From assembly GCA_902540235.1 (NCBI GenBank), contig CACBLI010000008.1:13135-77134 (forward strand): 64,000 nt of DNA, read 5' to 3'. Below are positions 28,587 to 36,285 of this stretch, one piece after another. The position numbers and the translations under genes were made by a program. The notes below the pieces were generated by a model that was not told where the DNA came from, made no database searches, and was given only the letters and a program-made list of their open reading frames with translations. Origin of the DNA: an uncultured Pelagibacteraceae bacterium (GTDB taxonomy: Bacteria > Pseudomonadota > Alphaproteobacteria > Pelagibacterales > Pelagibacteraceae). The stretch's first letter is position 1, and every line of letters begins with the position of its first letter.

Positions 28587-28760
28587 TTAGTTATCTATAT
28601 TAGGATAAGGTTGGTTTTTTGCATATTCTTCTAATTTTTCTTTAAATTCCTCGAAAGTTAAATCATTTGAAAAATCTAAATTTTGAAAATTTTTTTGAGT
28701 TACGCCACTATTTGAAGAACAGCTTATTAAAAACAAAAAAATTACTAAATATCTATTCAT
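28587..28760 (-). CDS. Small putative lipoprotein (57 aa, below the ORF-track cutoff)
   Basis: My translation is MNRYLVIFLFLISCSSNSGVTQKNFQNLDFSNDLTFEEFKEKLEEYAKNQPYPNIDN. It has a signal peptide with lipobox LISC. Its ATG overlaps the argC stop (ATGA) and its stop lies 1 nt before the hom start. Confidence 0.55.
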   Translation of the reverse strand: MNRYLVIFLFLISCSSNSGVTQKNFQNLDFSNDLTFEEFKEKLEEYAKNQPYPNIDN

Positions 28761-29779
28761 CTTAAACCTTCATTTATATCAAAGTTTTTCAAAATATTCA
28801 TATTTTGAATAGCTTGTCCAGCCCCTCCTTTGATTAAATTATCAATGCAAGATAATATTATCGCTTTATCTTTATATTTTGATTTGCAAATTGATATTTT
28901 GCAATTATTTGTATTGATTACATCATTAGTACTTACAGATGAATTCAATTTGGCAATTTTTACAAATTTTTCTTTTTTGTAAAATTTTTTTAGTTCATTA
29001 AATAAATTATTAATCGTTTTTCCTCTTGCTAAATCTACATAAATTGTTGATAAAATTCCTCTAAACATTGGAGACAAATGAGGTGTAAAAGTAAATTTAA
29101 ATTTATTTTTTGTAAAATTTTTAATCATTTGTTCAATTTCAGAATTATGTCTATGAAATCCAACTCCATAAGCGCTTATTGACTCGTATAAGTTTTTATT
29201 TTTATGTTTTTTATGCACACTTCTTCCAGCGCCTGAATAACCAGATTTTGAGTCTATAATAATACTGTCTTTTATGATTAAATTTTTTTTAATTAGTGGA
29301 ATAATTGGTATTAAAATAGATGTTGGATAACAACCAGGACATCCAATTATTTTAAATTTTTTTATCTTGTCACCTGTTAATTCTGGTAACGAATAAATTG
29401 ATTTTTTGATTAATTTTGGTGCTTTATGTTTTTTTTTATACCATTTTAAATATGAGGATGCTTTATCAAGTCTAAAATCGGCAGCTAAATCTATTAAGAT
29501 ATTTTTTTTTAAAAGTTTTTTTGAAATTAATTGTGCTTCACCATTTGGAAGAGCAGTAAATATAATTTCAACATCTTTCAATAAATGTTCATTAAATTTA
29601 ATAATTTTTGGTAATTTTTTGTTTCTCAGTGATTTTTGATACAAAGAAATATCTTTACCTGCTGAACTATTACCACATAAATATTTTATATTAATTTTTT
29701 TATGCTTAATTAATAAATTTATAAGTTGAACACCTATATAACCTGTTGATCCAGCAATTAGTACATTTATCTTAGACAT
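28757..29779 (-). CDS. argC: N-acetyl-gamma-glutamyl-phosphate reductase
   Basis: ArgC pattern (VLIAGSTGYIGVQL, GCPGCYPTS active-site Cys). I start at MSKINV (29779), because the longer track ORF (to 29875) would overlap rpsI. Confidence 0.88.
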   Translation of the reverse strand: MSKINVLIAGSTGYIGVQLINLLIKHKKINIKYLCGNSSAGKDISLYQKSLRNKKLPKIIKFNEHLLKDVEIIFTALPNGEAQLISKKLLKKNILIDLAADFRLDKASSYLKWYKKKHKAPKLIKKSIYSLPELTGDKIKKFKIIGCPGCYPTSILIPIIPLIKKNLIIKDSIIIDSKSGYSGAGRSVHKKHKNKNLYESISAYGVGFHRHNSEIEQMIKNFTKNKFKFTFTPHLSPMFRGILSTIYVDLARGKTINNLFNELKKFYKKEKFVKIAKLNSSVSTNDVINTNNCKISICKSKYKDKAIILSCIDNLIKGGAGQAIQNMNILKNFDINEGLR

Positions 29780-29813
29780 TGAATATAATAACAGTTTAAA
29801 TAAAAAAAAAAAA

Positions 29814-30251
29814 TTATCTTTTAGAAAATTGAAAGCTTCTTCTTGCTTTTCTTCTACCGGGTTTTTTTCTTTCAACTGCTCTTGGATCCCTAGTAGTAAG
29901 GTTCTGAGTTTTTAAGGTGGTTTTTAGGTTTTCATCAAATAAAACTAAAGCTTTAGAAATACCATGAACCATAGCACCTGCTTGGCCAGTGTGACCGCCT
30001 CCACTTACACTGCATTTTACATCATAAGCAGTAGGTTGATTAATAATATCAAAAGGTCTTGTTATTTGCATTTTGTGATTTTCACTTACGAAATAATCAC
30101 TAAAGAGTTTACCATTAACATAGATCTTACCAGAGCCTTTTTTTAACCAAACCTTAGCAATGGAGGTTTTTCGTCTGCCTGTAGCATACTTACTATCTTT
30201 AAAATCCAATTTTAATTTTGACTTGTTATTATCTAACTGAGTATTTTCCAT
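29814..30251 (-). CDS. rpsI: 30S ribosomal protein S9
   Basis: 145 aa ending in ...GRRKARRSFQFSKR. Downstream of rplM, as in the conserved rplM-rpsI operon. Confidence 0.95.
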   Translation of the reverse strand: MENTQLDNNKSKLKLDFKDSKYATGRRKTSIAKVWLKKGSGKIYVNGKLFSDYFVSENHKMQITRPFDIINQPTAYDVKCSVSGGGHTGQAGAMVHGISKALVLFDENLKTTLKTQNLTTRDPRAVERKKPGRRKARRSFQFSKR

Positions 30252-30252
30252 G

Positions 30253-30711
30253 TTAGTTTCGCACCAAATTTTTATTATTTAATTTTGCTAATTCTATAAT
30301 TTTTGGATTTTGTGCGGTATGAGGGTGATCATTTCCAGAATAAATTTTTAATTTTGAAAGTTGTTTTTTTCCTAATACACCGCCTGGAAGCATTCTTTTA
30401 ACAGCTAGTTTCAGAGCTTCATCTGGTTTTTTTTCATAAAGTTTTTCAGGTGTAGTCACTTTAATTCCCCCAGGATATCCAGTGTGCCGATAATATTTTT
30501 TATCCTGAAATTTTTTTCCAGTAAATTTTGCATGTTCTATATTTTTCACAACTACAAAATCACCATTATCCATATGAGGTGTAAATGTAGTTTTGTTTTT
30601 TCCTCTTATAATCTTTGTAATAATAGCTGCTAATCGGCCAATCACAGCATTTTTAGCATCAATTTCATACCAATTATTATTGATTTGGTTTTTGTTAACA
30701 AATTTAGTCAT
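30253..30711 (-). CDS. rplM: 50S ribosomal protein L13
   Basis: 152 aa with an L13 pattern (WYEIDAKNAVIGRLA, HTGYPGG). 1-nt spacer to rpsI. Confidence 0.95.
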   Translation of the reverse strand: MTKFVNKNQINNNWYEIDAKNAVIGRLAAIITKIIRGKNKTTFTPHMDNGDFVVVKNIEHAKFTGKKFQDKKYYRHTGYPGGIKVTTPEKLYEKKPDEALKLAVKRMLPGGVLGKKQLSKLKIYSGNDHPHTAQNPKIIELAKLNNKNLVRN

Positions 30712-30721
30712 GATTGGCGCG

Positions 30722-30750
30722 ATTAATACTGATAAATGTCATATTGTCAA
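30722..30750 (-). promoter_or_regulatory. Candidate promoter for rplM-rpsI (TTGACA-N17-ATTAAT)
   Basis: On the minus strand there is a consensus -35 hexamer (30750-30745), a 17-nt spacer and a -10-like ATTAAT (30727-30722). It would give a leader of only a few nt. Confidence 0.3.
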
Positions 30751-30802
30751 TTTATATTAATATTGATACTTAACTATTAACATTTAAAAATAAGGATAAT
30801 TT

Positions 30803-32137
30803 ATGAAAGATAAAAAAAATAAAAGCACAGATGCTAAAACGTACAAATTTGATACATTAAGTCTACACGCCGGATATCAACCTCACAAAAATGCTGGGTC
30901 TAGACAAGTGCCAATTTACCAAACAACTTCATATTTATTTGATGACGTAGATCACGCTGCAGCACTATTTAATCTTGAAAGAGGTGGTCACATATATAGT
31001 CGAATATCGAACCCAACAGTTGCGGTTCTGGAAGAAAGAGTTGCATCACTTGAGGGTGGTACAGCAGCTTTAGCTACTTCTTCAGGGATGAGTGCAATAT
31101 TCCTAGCTGTAATGACATTGTGTGAGGCTGGAGATCATTTAGTTGTATCATCACAATTATATGGAGGTACAGTAAATCTTTTTAGACTAACCTTACCAAA
31201 ATTCGGAATAAAAACAACTTTTGTAAAACCAAGAGACACAGAAGGATTTAAAAAAGCAATACAAAAAAATACTAAAGGTATTTTTGGGGAGCTCGTTGGA
31301 AATCCTGGAAATGAATTGATGGATATGCCAGCAATAGCAAATATTGCTCATGAAGCAGGTATACCTTTAATGGTTGATGCAACATACCAAACACCCTACT
31401 TATGTCGACCAATTGAACACGGTGCAGATATTGTAGTTCACTCATTAACCAAATGGATGGCTGGTCATGGATCTTCAATGGCAGGAATAATTGTTGAAGG
31501 TGGAAAATTTGACTGGATGCAAAACGATAAGTTTCCTACAATGACACAACCTTACGAAGGTTATCATGGTTTATCTTTTGCTGAAGAGTTTGGACCAACT
31601 GCATTTACCATGAAAGCAAGAGCCGAAGGGATGAGAGATTTCGGACCTTGTTTAAGTCCTCAAAATGCTTGGAATGTTTTACAGGGTATTGAAACTTTAT
31701 CAGTAAGGATGCAAAAACATTGTGCTAATGCTGAAAAAATGGTCGAATATCTATTAGGACATGAAAGTGTTGCTTGGGTTTCACATCCGAGTGTCCCTGA
31801 TCATCCTGATCATGAACTAGCAAATAAATTATTACCAAATGGCAAAGGTTCAATGATAGCTTTTGGTATTAAAGGTGGTAAAGAAGCTGGTGAGGCTTTT
31901 ATTAATAATGTTAAATTAGCTTCTCATTTAGCAAATGTTGGTGACACAAGAACGCTTGTTATTCATCCTGCTTCAGCGACTCACTCTCAAATGGATGAGG
32001 CTACATTGAAGTTTGCAGGATTATCTCATGACATGATTAGACTTTCTGTTGGGATTGAAGATATTGATGATATCAAGAATGATTTTGAGAATGGATTTAG
32101 AGCTGCTAGAAAACCTAGGCTCGTATCCAATCAATGA
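30803..32137 (+). CDS. metY: O-acetylhomoserine sulfhydrylase (PLP-dependent)
   Basis: 444 aa of the Cys/Met-metabolism PLP family, with the PLP-lysine context SLTKWMAGHG and an MetY-like N-terminus (FDTLSLHAGYQP). Confidence 0.9.
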   Translation: MKDKKNKSTDAKTYKFDTLSLHAGYQPHKNAGSRQVPIYQTTSYLFDDVDHAAALFNLERGGHIYSRISNPTVAVLEERVASLEGGTAALATSSGMSAIFLAVMTLCEAGDHLVVSSQLYGGTVNLFRLTLPKFGIKTTFVKPRDTEGFKKAIQKNTKGIFGELVGNPGNELMDMPAIANIAHEAGIPLMVDATYQTPYLCRPIEHGADIVVHSLTKWMAGHGSSMAGIIVEGGKFDWMQNDKFPTMTQPYEGYHGLSFAEEFGPTAFTMKARAEGMRDFGPCLSPQNAWNVLQGIETLSVRMQKHCANAEKMVEYLLGHESVAWVSHPSVPDHPDHELANKLLPNGKGSMIAFGIKGGKEAGEAFINNVKLASHLANVGDTRTLVIHPASATHSQMDEATLKFAGLSHDMIRLSVGIEDIDDIKNDFENGFRAARKPRLVSNQ

Positions 32138-32949
32138 AATTTAAAGTAAATAATCATGAGGTCTATGCATCAACTGGTGGCAGACCATTCGATAAAAGTA
32201 AACCTTTAATAATATTTGTTCACGGTAGTGGACTTACCCATATGACCTGGGTATTGCAAACAAGATATTTTGCTTTCCATGGTTATAGTGTTTTGGCATT
32301 AGATATGCCTGGGCACGGTTTATCTGGAGGGGAAAGTTTAAAATCTATTGAGGCAATGGCGGATTGGATTAATGATGTTATAGATGTAGTAGGATACAAA
32401 GAAGCATCATTAGTTGGTCACTCGCAAGGGTGTTTAGTTACAGTTGAATGTACCGCAAGATATCCTAATAGAATAAAAACTTTGAGTCTTATGGGAGGTG
32501 CTGGTGCAATTCCAATGAACCCTGAGCTATTATCTTTAGCGGAGAATGATAACCCTAAAGCAGTAGAACTGATGATGGATTGGGCGCATGGACCAGCTGG
32601 TCATTTTGGAGGACACCCAGTGCCAGGTCTTTATCATATAAATACTGGTTCTATGTTGGCAAAAACTAGAACAATTAAGAATACGCTTGGAGTTGATTTT
32701 AGAGCTTGCGATAACTACAAGAATGGATTCGAAGCTGCAAAAAAAATAAAAATCCCCACCCTATCAATACTAGCAACCGATGATAAAATGTGCCCAGTTA
32801 AAGAGGGGAAAAAACTTGCTGATTTGATTGAAGGTAGTCAAGTGGATATTATTGATAACTGTGGACATATGATGTTATTAGAAGAAGCTGATAGAGTTCT
32901 TAAAGTTCTAAAAAAATTTATAACAACAAATTATCCACCAAAAAAATAA
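32134..32949 (+). CDS. Alpha/beta-fold hydrolase
   Basis: 271 aa with an HGSG oxyanion motif, nucleophile elbow GHSQG and a C-terminal CGHM histidine. ATGA overlap with metY. Confidence 0.75.
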   Translation: MKFKVNNHEVYASTGGRPFDKSKPLIIFVHGSGLTHMTWVLQTRYFAFHGYSVLALDMPGHGLSGGESLKSIEAMADWINDVIDVVGYKEASLVGHSQGCLVTVECTARYPNRIKTLSLMGGAGAIPMNPELLSLAENDNPKAVELMMDWAHGPAGHFGGHPVPGLYHINTGSMLAKTRTIKNTLGVDFRACDNYKNGFEAAKKIKIPTLSILATDDKMCPVKEGKKLADLIEGSQVDIIDNCGHMMLLEEADRVLKVLKKFITTNYPPKK

Positions 32950-32963
32950 GCACTTATTTACTT

Positions 32964-34073
32964 ATGAAGAAGAATTTTAGATTTTTTGATAATAGGCAAA
33001 AGTATTTACTTTTTGTAACTACTACAAATGAAAAAAATAAAATTGCTGATGCTTTAAAACCAATAATTCGAAAGCTAAAACCTAAATATCCTGCATTAAA
33101 AGTCTTTGATGCAGGTATGGGAGATGGATCTTTATTAATGAGTATTATGAGACAATGTCATCAAAAAATGCCACACATTCCCATGCTAATAAGCACTAAA
33201 GAAATAAGTTTAGAAGATGTTAGGTTGGGCCTTGAAAAACTTCCTGACAGATTTGTAGAACATAAAAATACAGTATTTGTCATTTCAAATCTAAACTATG
33301 TTGAGTCTACTTCATTAAAGTCAAATAATAAGATGAAACAAAAAAAATTGAATTGGAAAATTGTAAAACTAAAAGGAAATTCATCCCTTGATTTTTCTGA
33401 TCAACTAAGAAAACTTAACCAAGGGTTTTTAAGTAAAAAATGGCAAATTGAAAGAAACCCAATAAATGGTAATCCAACTTATAAAGAGCCCTCAGTAATT
33501 ATAATTTATAGAAAAGATCAGGAATTTTCTTTAAAAAATATCATTCCAAAAAAAAATAATGGTAAAAATAATTTTGATTTGATCATAGCTTCACAGCCTT
33601 ATAGATCAAGAATATCTGTTGAAAAAAAAGTAAGATATGTGATTGATCCAATGATCAAGTCATTAAATAAAAAAGGTAAATTAGCAGTTATTCATGCCTG
33701 TGGAAATGACCCTGGTAACCAAATAATTAAGAAAATTTGGCCAAAAGAAAAACCATTTCCCTCATTATACAGATCAATTTTAAGATATATTAGAAAAAAT
33801 ACTGACAAAAATTTATTAAAAAATCTTAAATTTAACAAAAAAACAAATATAAGATATGTATTAAGAGCTTTACCTAATGAAATCAGTGGAGGTATCGCTA
33901 CTTCACTCATATTTTCGGCATGGAACGCTGCAATTTATGTAAATCAAATATCAGATAAACAGATACTGAGTGCTGAAAAAAAAAAAGATTATCAAAAAAT
34001 TGTCCAACAAATTGTTAACAAAAATAAAGGATTATATTTTAATAATGAATTATTTGTTATTGAGAGAAAGTAA
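32964..34073 (+). CDS. Hypothetical protein, possibly a class I methyltransferase-like fold
   Basis: 369-aa ORF. The only motif I recognise is VFDAGMGDGS, which resembles SAM-binding motif I. The function call is weak. Confidence 0.55.
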   Translation: MKKNFRFFDNRQKYLLFVTTTNEKNKIADALKPIIRKLKPKYPALKVFDAGMGDGSLLMSIMRQCHQKMPHIPMLISTKEISLEDVRLGLEKLPDRFVEHKNTVFVISNLNYVESTSLKSNNKMKQKKLNWKIVKLKGNSSLDFSDQLRKLNQGFLSKKWQIERNPINGNPTYKEPSVIIIYRKDQEFSLKNIIPKKNNGKNNFDLIIASQPYRSRISVEKKVRYVIDPMIKSLNKKGKLAVIHACGNDPGNQIIKKIWPKEKPFPSLYRSILRYIRKNTDKNLLKNLKFNKKTNIRYVLRALPNEISGGIATSLIFSAWNAAIYVNQISDKQILSAEKKKDYQKIVQQIVNKNKGLYFNNELFVIERK

Positions 34074-35093
34074 TTAAAATTTATACTTGTTTTTATATAA
34101 AAAAAATAATGAAGCAGTTATTAGTAAAATTGAACTAAACTGGTGTAACGAGGAAATAAATATACCTGCCCCACTTAACAACGTGAATATACCCAACAAA
34201 ATTTGTAAAAAGATAGTAAAACCTAAAATTATTATAGGTTTAAATAAAAAAACAATTTTTTTTTTATAAATTATAAAGGTAATAATAATGTACAAAATCA
34301 ATATCAAATAAGCCATATTCCGATGTAAGTATTGAACTAATGACGGATCACTGAATGCAGAAAGCTTAAATAAATCAATTATTTTATTATCGTCTGGAAA
34401 ATACGAATAACCCATCAACGGCCATGTATTATAAATTTTTCCCGCATCCATTCCAGAAACAAAAGCACCAAATATAATTTGTAAAAAAATTGCAATTATA
34501 AAAATCTCAGGTAAGAAATTTTTCATTTTTTTATCTTTTTTTCTAAGATACATTAAATCCAAAAAGTTCCAGAAAATTAAAGATAAAATTATGAAAGCAA
34601 ATAAAAGATGGATTGATAATCTAAAATGACTAACATCAACGTTATCTACTAACCCACTTTTAACCATATACCAGCCCAAAAACCCTTGAAAACATATTAA
34701 TAGAAAAATTAAATGCAGGTTGGTAAGTTTTTTAAATCCAATCTTGACGCTAAAATAAATTAAAGGCACTAAAAAAAATAATCCAATTAACCGACCAAAA
34801 AATCTGTGTGCCCATTCCCACCAAAAAATAAATTTAAATTCATTCAAATTCATTGAGAAGTTTTGTAATTCAAATTCTGGAATTTTTTTGTATAAATTAA
34901 AATATTCATTCCATGTCTCATTAGTTAAAGGCGGTAAAAAACCCCTAAAAATTTCCCATTCTGTAATTGATAGACCAGAATCTGTTAACCTTGTTAATCC
35001 ACCAACAACAATCATTGATGACACTAAGAAAAACATAAATAATAACCAATTAGACATATACAATCTGTATTTGTTATTAATTTGAGTATACAT
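34074..35093 (-). CDS. ctaA: Heme A synthase (COX15/CtaA)
   Basis: 339 aa, about 8 TM, with a COX15/CtaA pattern (VVGGLTRLTDSGLSITEW, WEWAHR, conserved His residues). Confidence 0.85.
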   Translation of the reverse strand: MYTQINNKYRLYMSNWLLFMFFLVSSMIVVGGLTRLTDSGLSITEWEIFRGFLPPLTNETWNEYFNLYKKIPEFELQNFSMNLNEFKFIFWWEWAHRFFGRLIGLFFLVPLIYFSVKIGFKKLTNLHLIFLLICFQGFLGWYMVKSGLVDNVDVSHFRLSIHLLFAFIILSLIFWNFLDLMYLRKKDKKMKNFLPEIFIIAIFLQIIFGAFVSGMDAGKIYNTWPLMGYSYFPDDNKIIDLFKLSAFSDPSLVQYLHRNMAYLILILYIIITFIIYKKKIVFLFKPIIILGFTIFLQILLGIFTLLSGAGIFISSLHQFSSILLITASLFFLYKNKYKF

Positions 35094-35136
35094 ACCTGTT
35101 TAAATATAATATTTATTGATAATTCCAATTGAACAA

Positions 35137-35427
35137 ATGTCGCCTAATAAAAAAAAAAGATTAAATATACTAAGAAAAAAGCTTGATAGTCTTGATAATA
35201 AACTTATTAAATTGATTAAACAGAGAACCAATATAGTCAGTGATGTTCTTAAACTCAAAACGCATAAATATGAAATTGTAGATAAAAAAAGGATATCAAT
35301 TATTCTTAAAAATATTAAAAATAAATCTATAAAAAATAAAATCGACCCCAAAATAACTAGCAGGATTTGGAAAAATATGATTTCAGCTTATATAGATTTC
35401 GAGAGAAGAAATTTTAAAAAAAAATAG
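35137..35427 (+). CDS. Chorismate mutase (AroQ class)
   Basis: LNILRKKLDSLDNKLIKLIKQRTNIVSDVLKLK matches the CM_2 helix 1 pattern. I prefer the ATG at 35137 over the TTG at 35116 used in the track. Confidence 0.7.
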   Translation: MSPNKKKRLNILRKKLDSLDNKLIKLIKQRTNIVSDVLKLKTHKYEIVDKKRISIILKNIKNKSIKNKIDPKITSRIWKNMISAYIDFERRNFKKK

Positions 35428-35619
35428 TTATTTACTATGAGGAGGAAGTTTTTTTTCAACAAAAACTTCATGTTTACGAGTAGATGGATTATATTTTTTT
35501 ACTTTTAATTTTACTTTAGCTTTTTCTCCACCTGCAGGTTTTTTAACATAGTAAAAAAAAGAGCTATCTGGTTTAGCTTCAGGGACAAGTCTTACTTTAA
35601 TATGAGTTTTTTTAGCCAT
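35428..35619 (-). CDS. rpmG: 50S ribosomal protein L33
   Basis: 63 aa. MAKKTHIKVRLV...FFYYVKK...KLKVKKYNPSTRKHEVFVEKK matches the L33 pattern. Confidence 0.8.
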   Translation of the reverse strand: MAKKTHIKVRLVPEAKPDSSFFYYVKKPAGGEKAKVKLKVKKYNPSTRKHEVFVEKKLPPHSK

Positions 35620-35624
35620 AAGTA

Positions 35625-35990
35625 TTACTTTTTTAAATTCTTAACAATATTTGAAATCTTTATTAATCTATTTTTAATTTTTAGTGCATTTATAGAGTGA
35701 TTTAAATTTTCGTCAAGATTTAAAGAATTTTCCTCGTCTAAGAATTTTTTTACGCCATTAATAGTCATTCCTTTGTTTTTTAAAAGAAAATGAACTTTTA
35801 TAATAGTTTCTATAGATTTTTCATCGTAGTATCTTCTATTACCATTAAATATTTTAGGTCGTATCTGCTTAAATTTTGTCTCCCAAAATCTGATTGTATG
35901 AGTTGGTAGTGATTGACCTTTTTTAGATTTAAGACCAATAATTTTGACCACTTCACCAATTGTTTTATATGCATTTAAAGATTTAATCAT
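35625..35990 (-). CDS. MerR-family transcriptional regulator
   Basis: 121 aa with an N-terminal MerR HTH (YKTIGEVVKIIGLKSKKGQSLPTHTIRFWE). Directly downstream of ihfA, as in other alphaproteobacteria. Confidence 0.8.
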   Translation of the reverse strand: MIKSLNAYKTIGEVVKIIGLKSKKGQSLPTHTIRFWETKFKQIRPKIFNGNRRYYDEKSIETIIKVHFLLKNKGMTINGVKKFLDEENSLNLDENLNHSINALKIKNRLIKISNIVKNLKK

Positions 35991-36285
35991 TGTTCGTTGA
36001 ATTTATAAAAATTTTAAATTCTCTTGATGGCTTGAATAAAACTACATTTCTTTTTGAAATTTCTTTTTTTTCTCTAGTTTTTGGATTTCTCCCAATTCTG
36101 GGATTTTTGGCTCTTAATGTGAATGTTCCAAAGTTAGATAGTTTTACAATTTTTTCTTTTTTTAAGTTTAATAAAATTAGGGAGAAAAATTCATCGATTA
36201 AGCTTTCGGAAACTTGTTTAGAAAAACCTATTTGCATATATATTGAGTTTGTTAAATCCTTTTTAGTTAGATTGATTCTTGTCAT
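35983..36285 (-). CDS. ihfA: Integration host factor subunit alpha
   Basis: 100 aa of the HU/IHF family (LTKKDLTNSI..., GFGTF-like NFGTFTLRAKNPRIGRNPKTREKKEISKRNVVLFKPS). Confidence 0.88.
   Translation of the reverse strand: MTRINLTKKDLTNSIYMQIGFSKQVSESLIDEFFSLILLNLKKEKIVKLSNFGTFTLRAKNPRIGRNPKTREKKEISKRNVVLFKPSREFKIFINSTNND

Noticed and set aside
30712-30802. Looked for a SAM-II/SAM-V-type riboswitch upstream of metY, as reported for some SAR11 methionine genes.
   Set aside because: The 91-nt spacer is almost pure AT apart from GATTGGCGCG. It shows no pseudoknot-forming GC segments or AAAGCU-like box that I can recognise, and part of it must serve the divergent rplM promoter.
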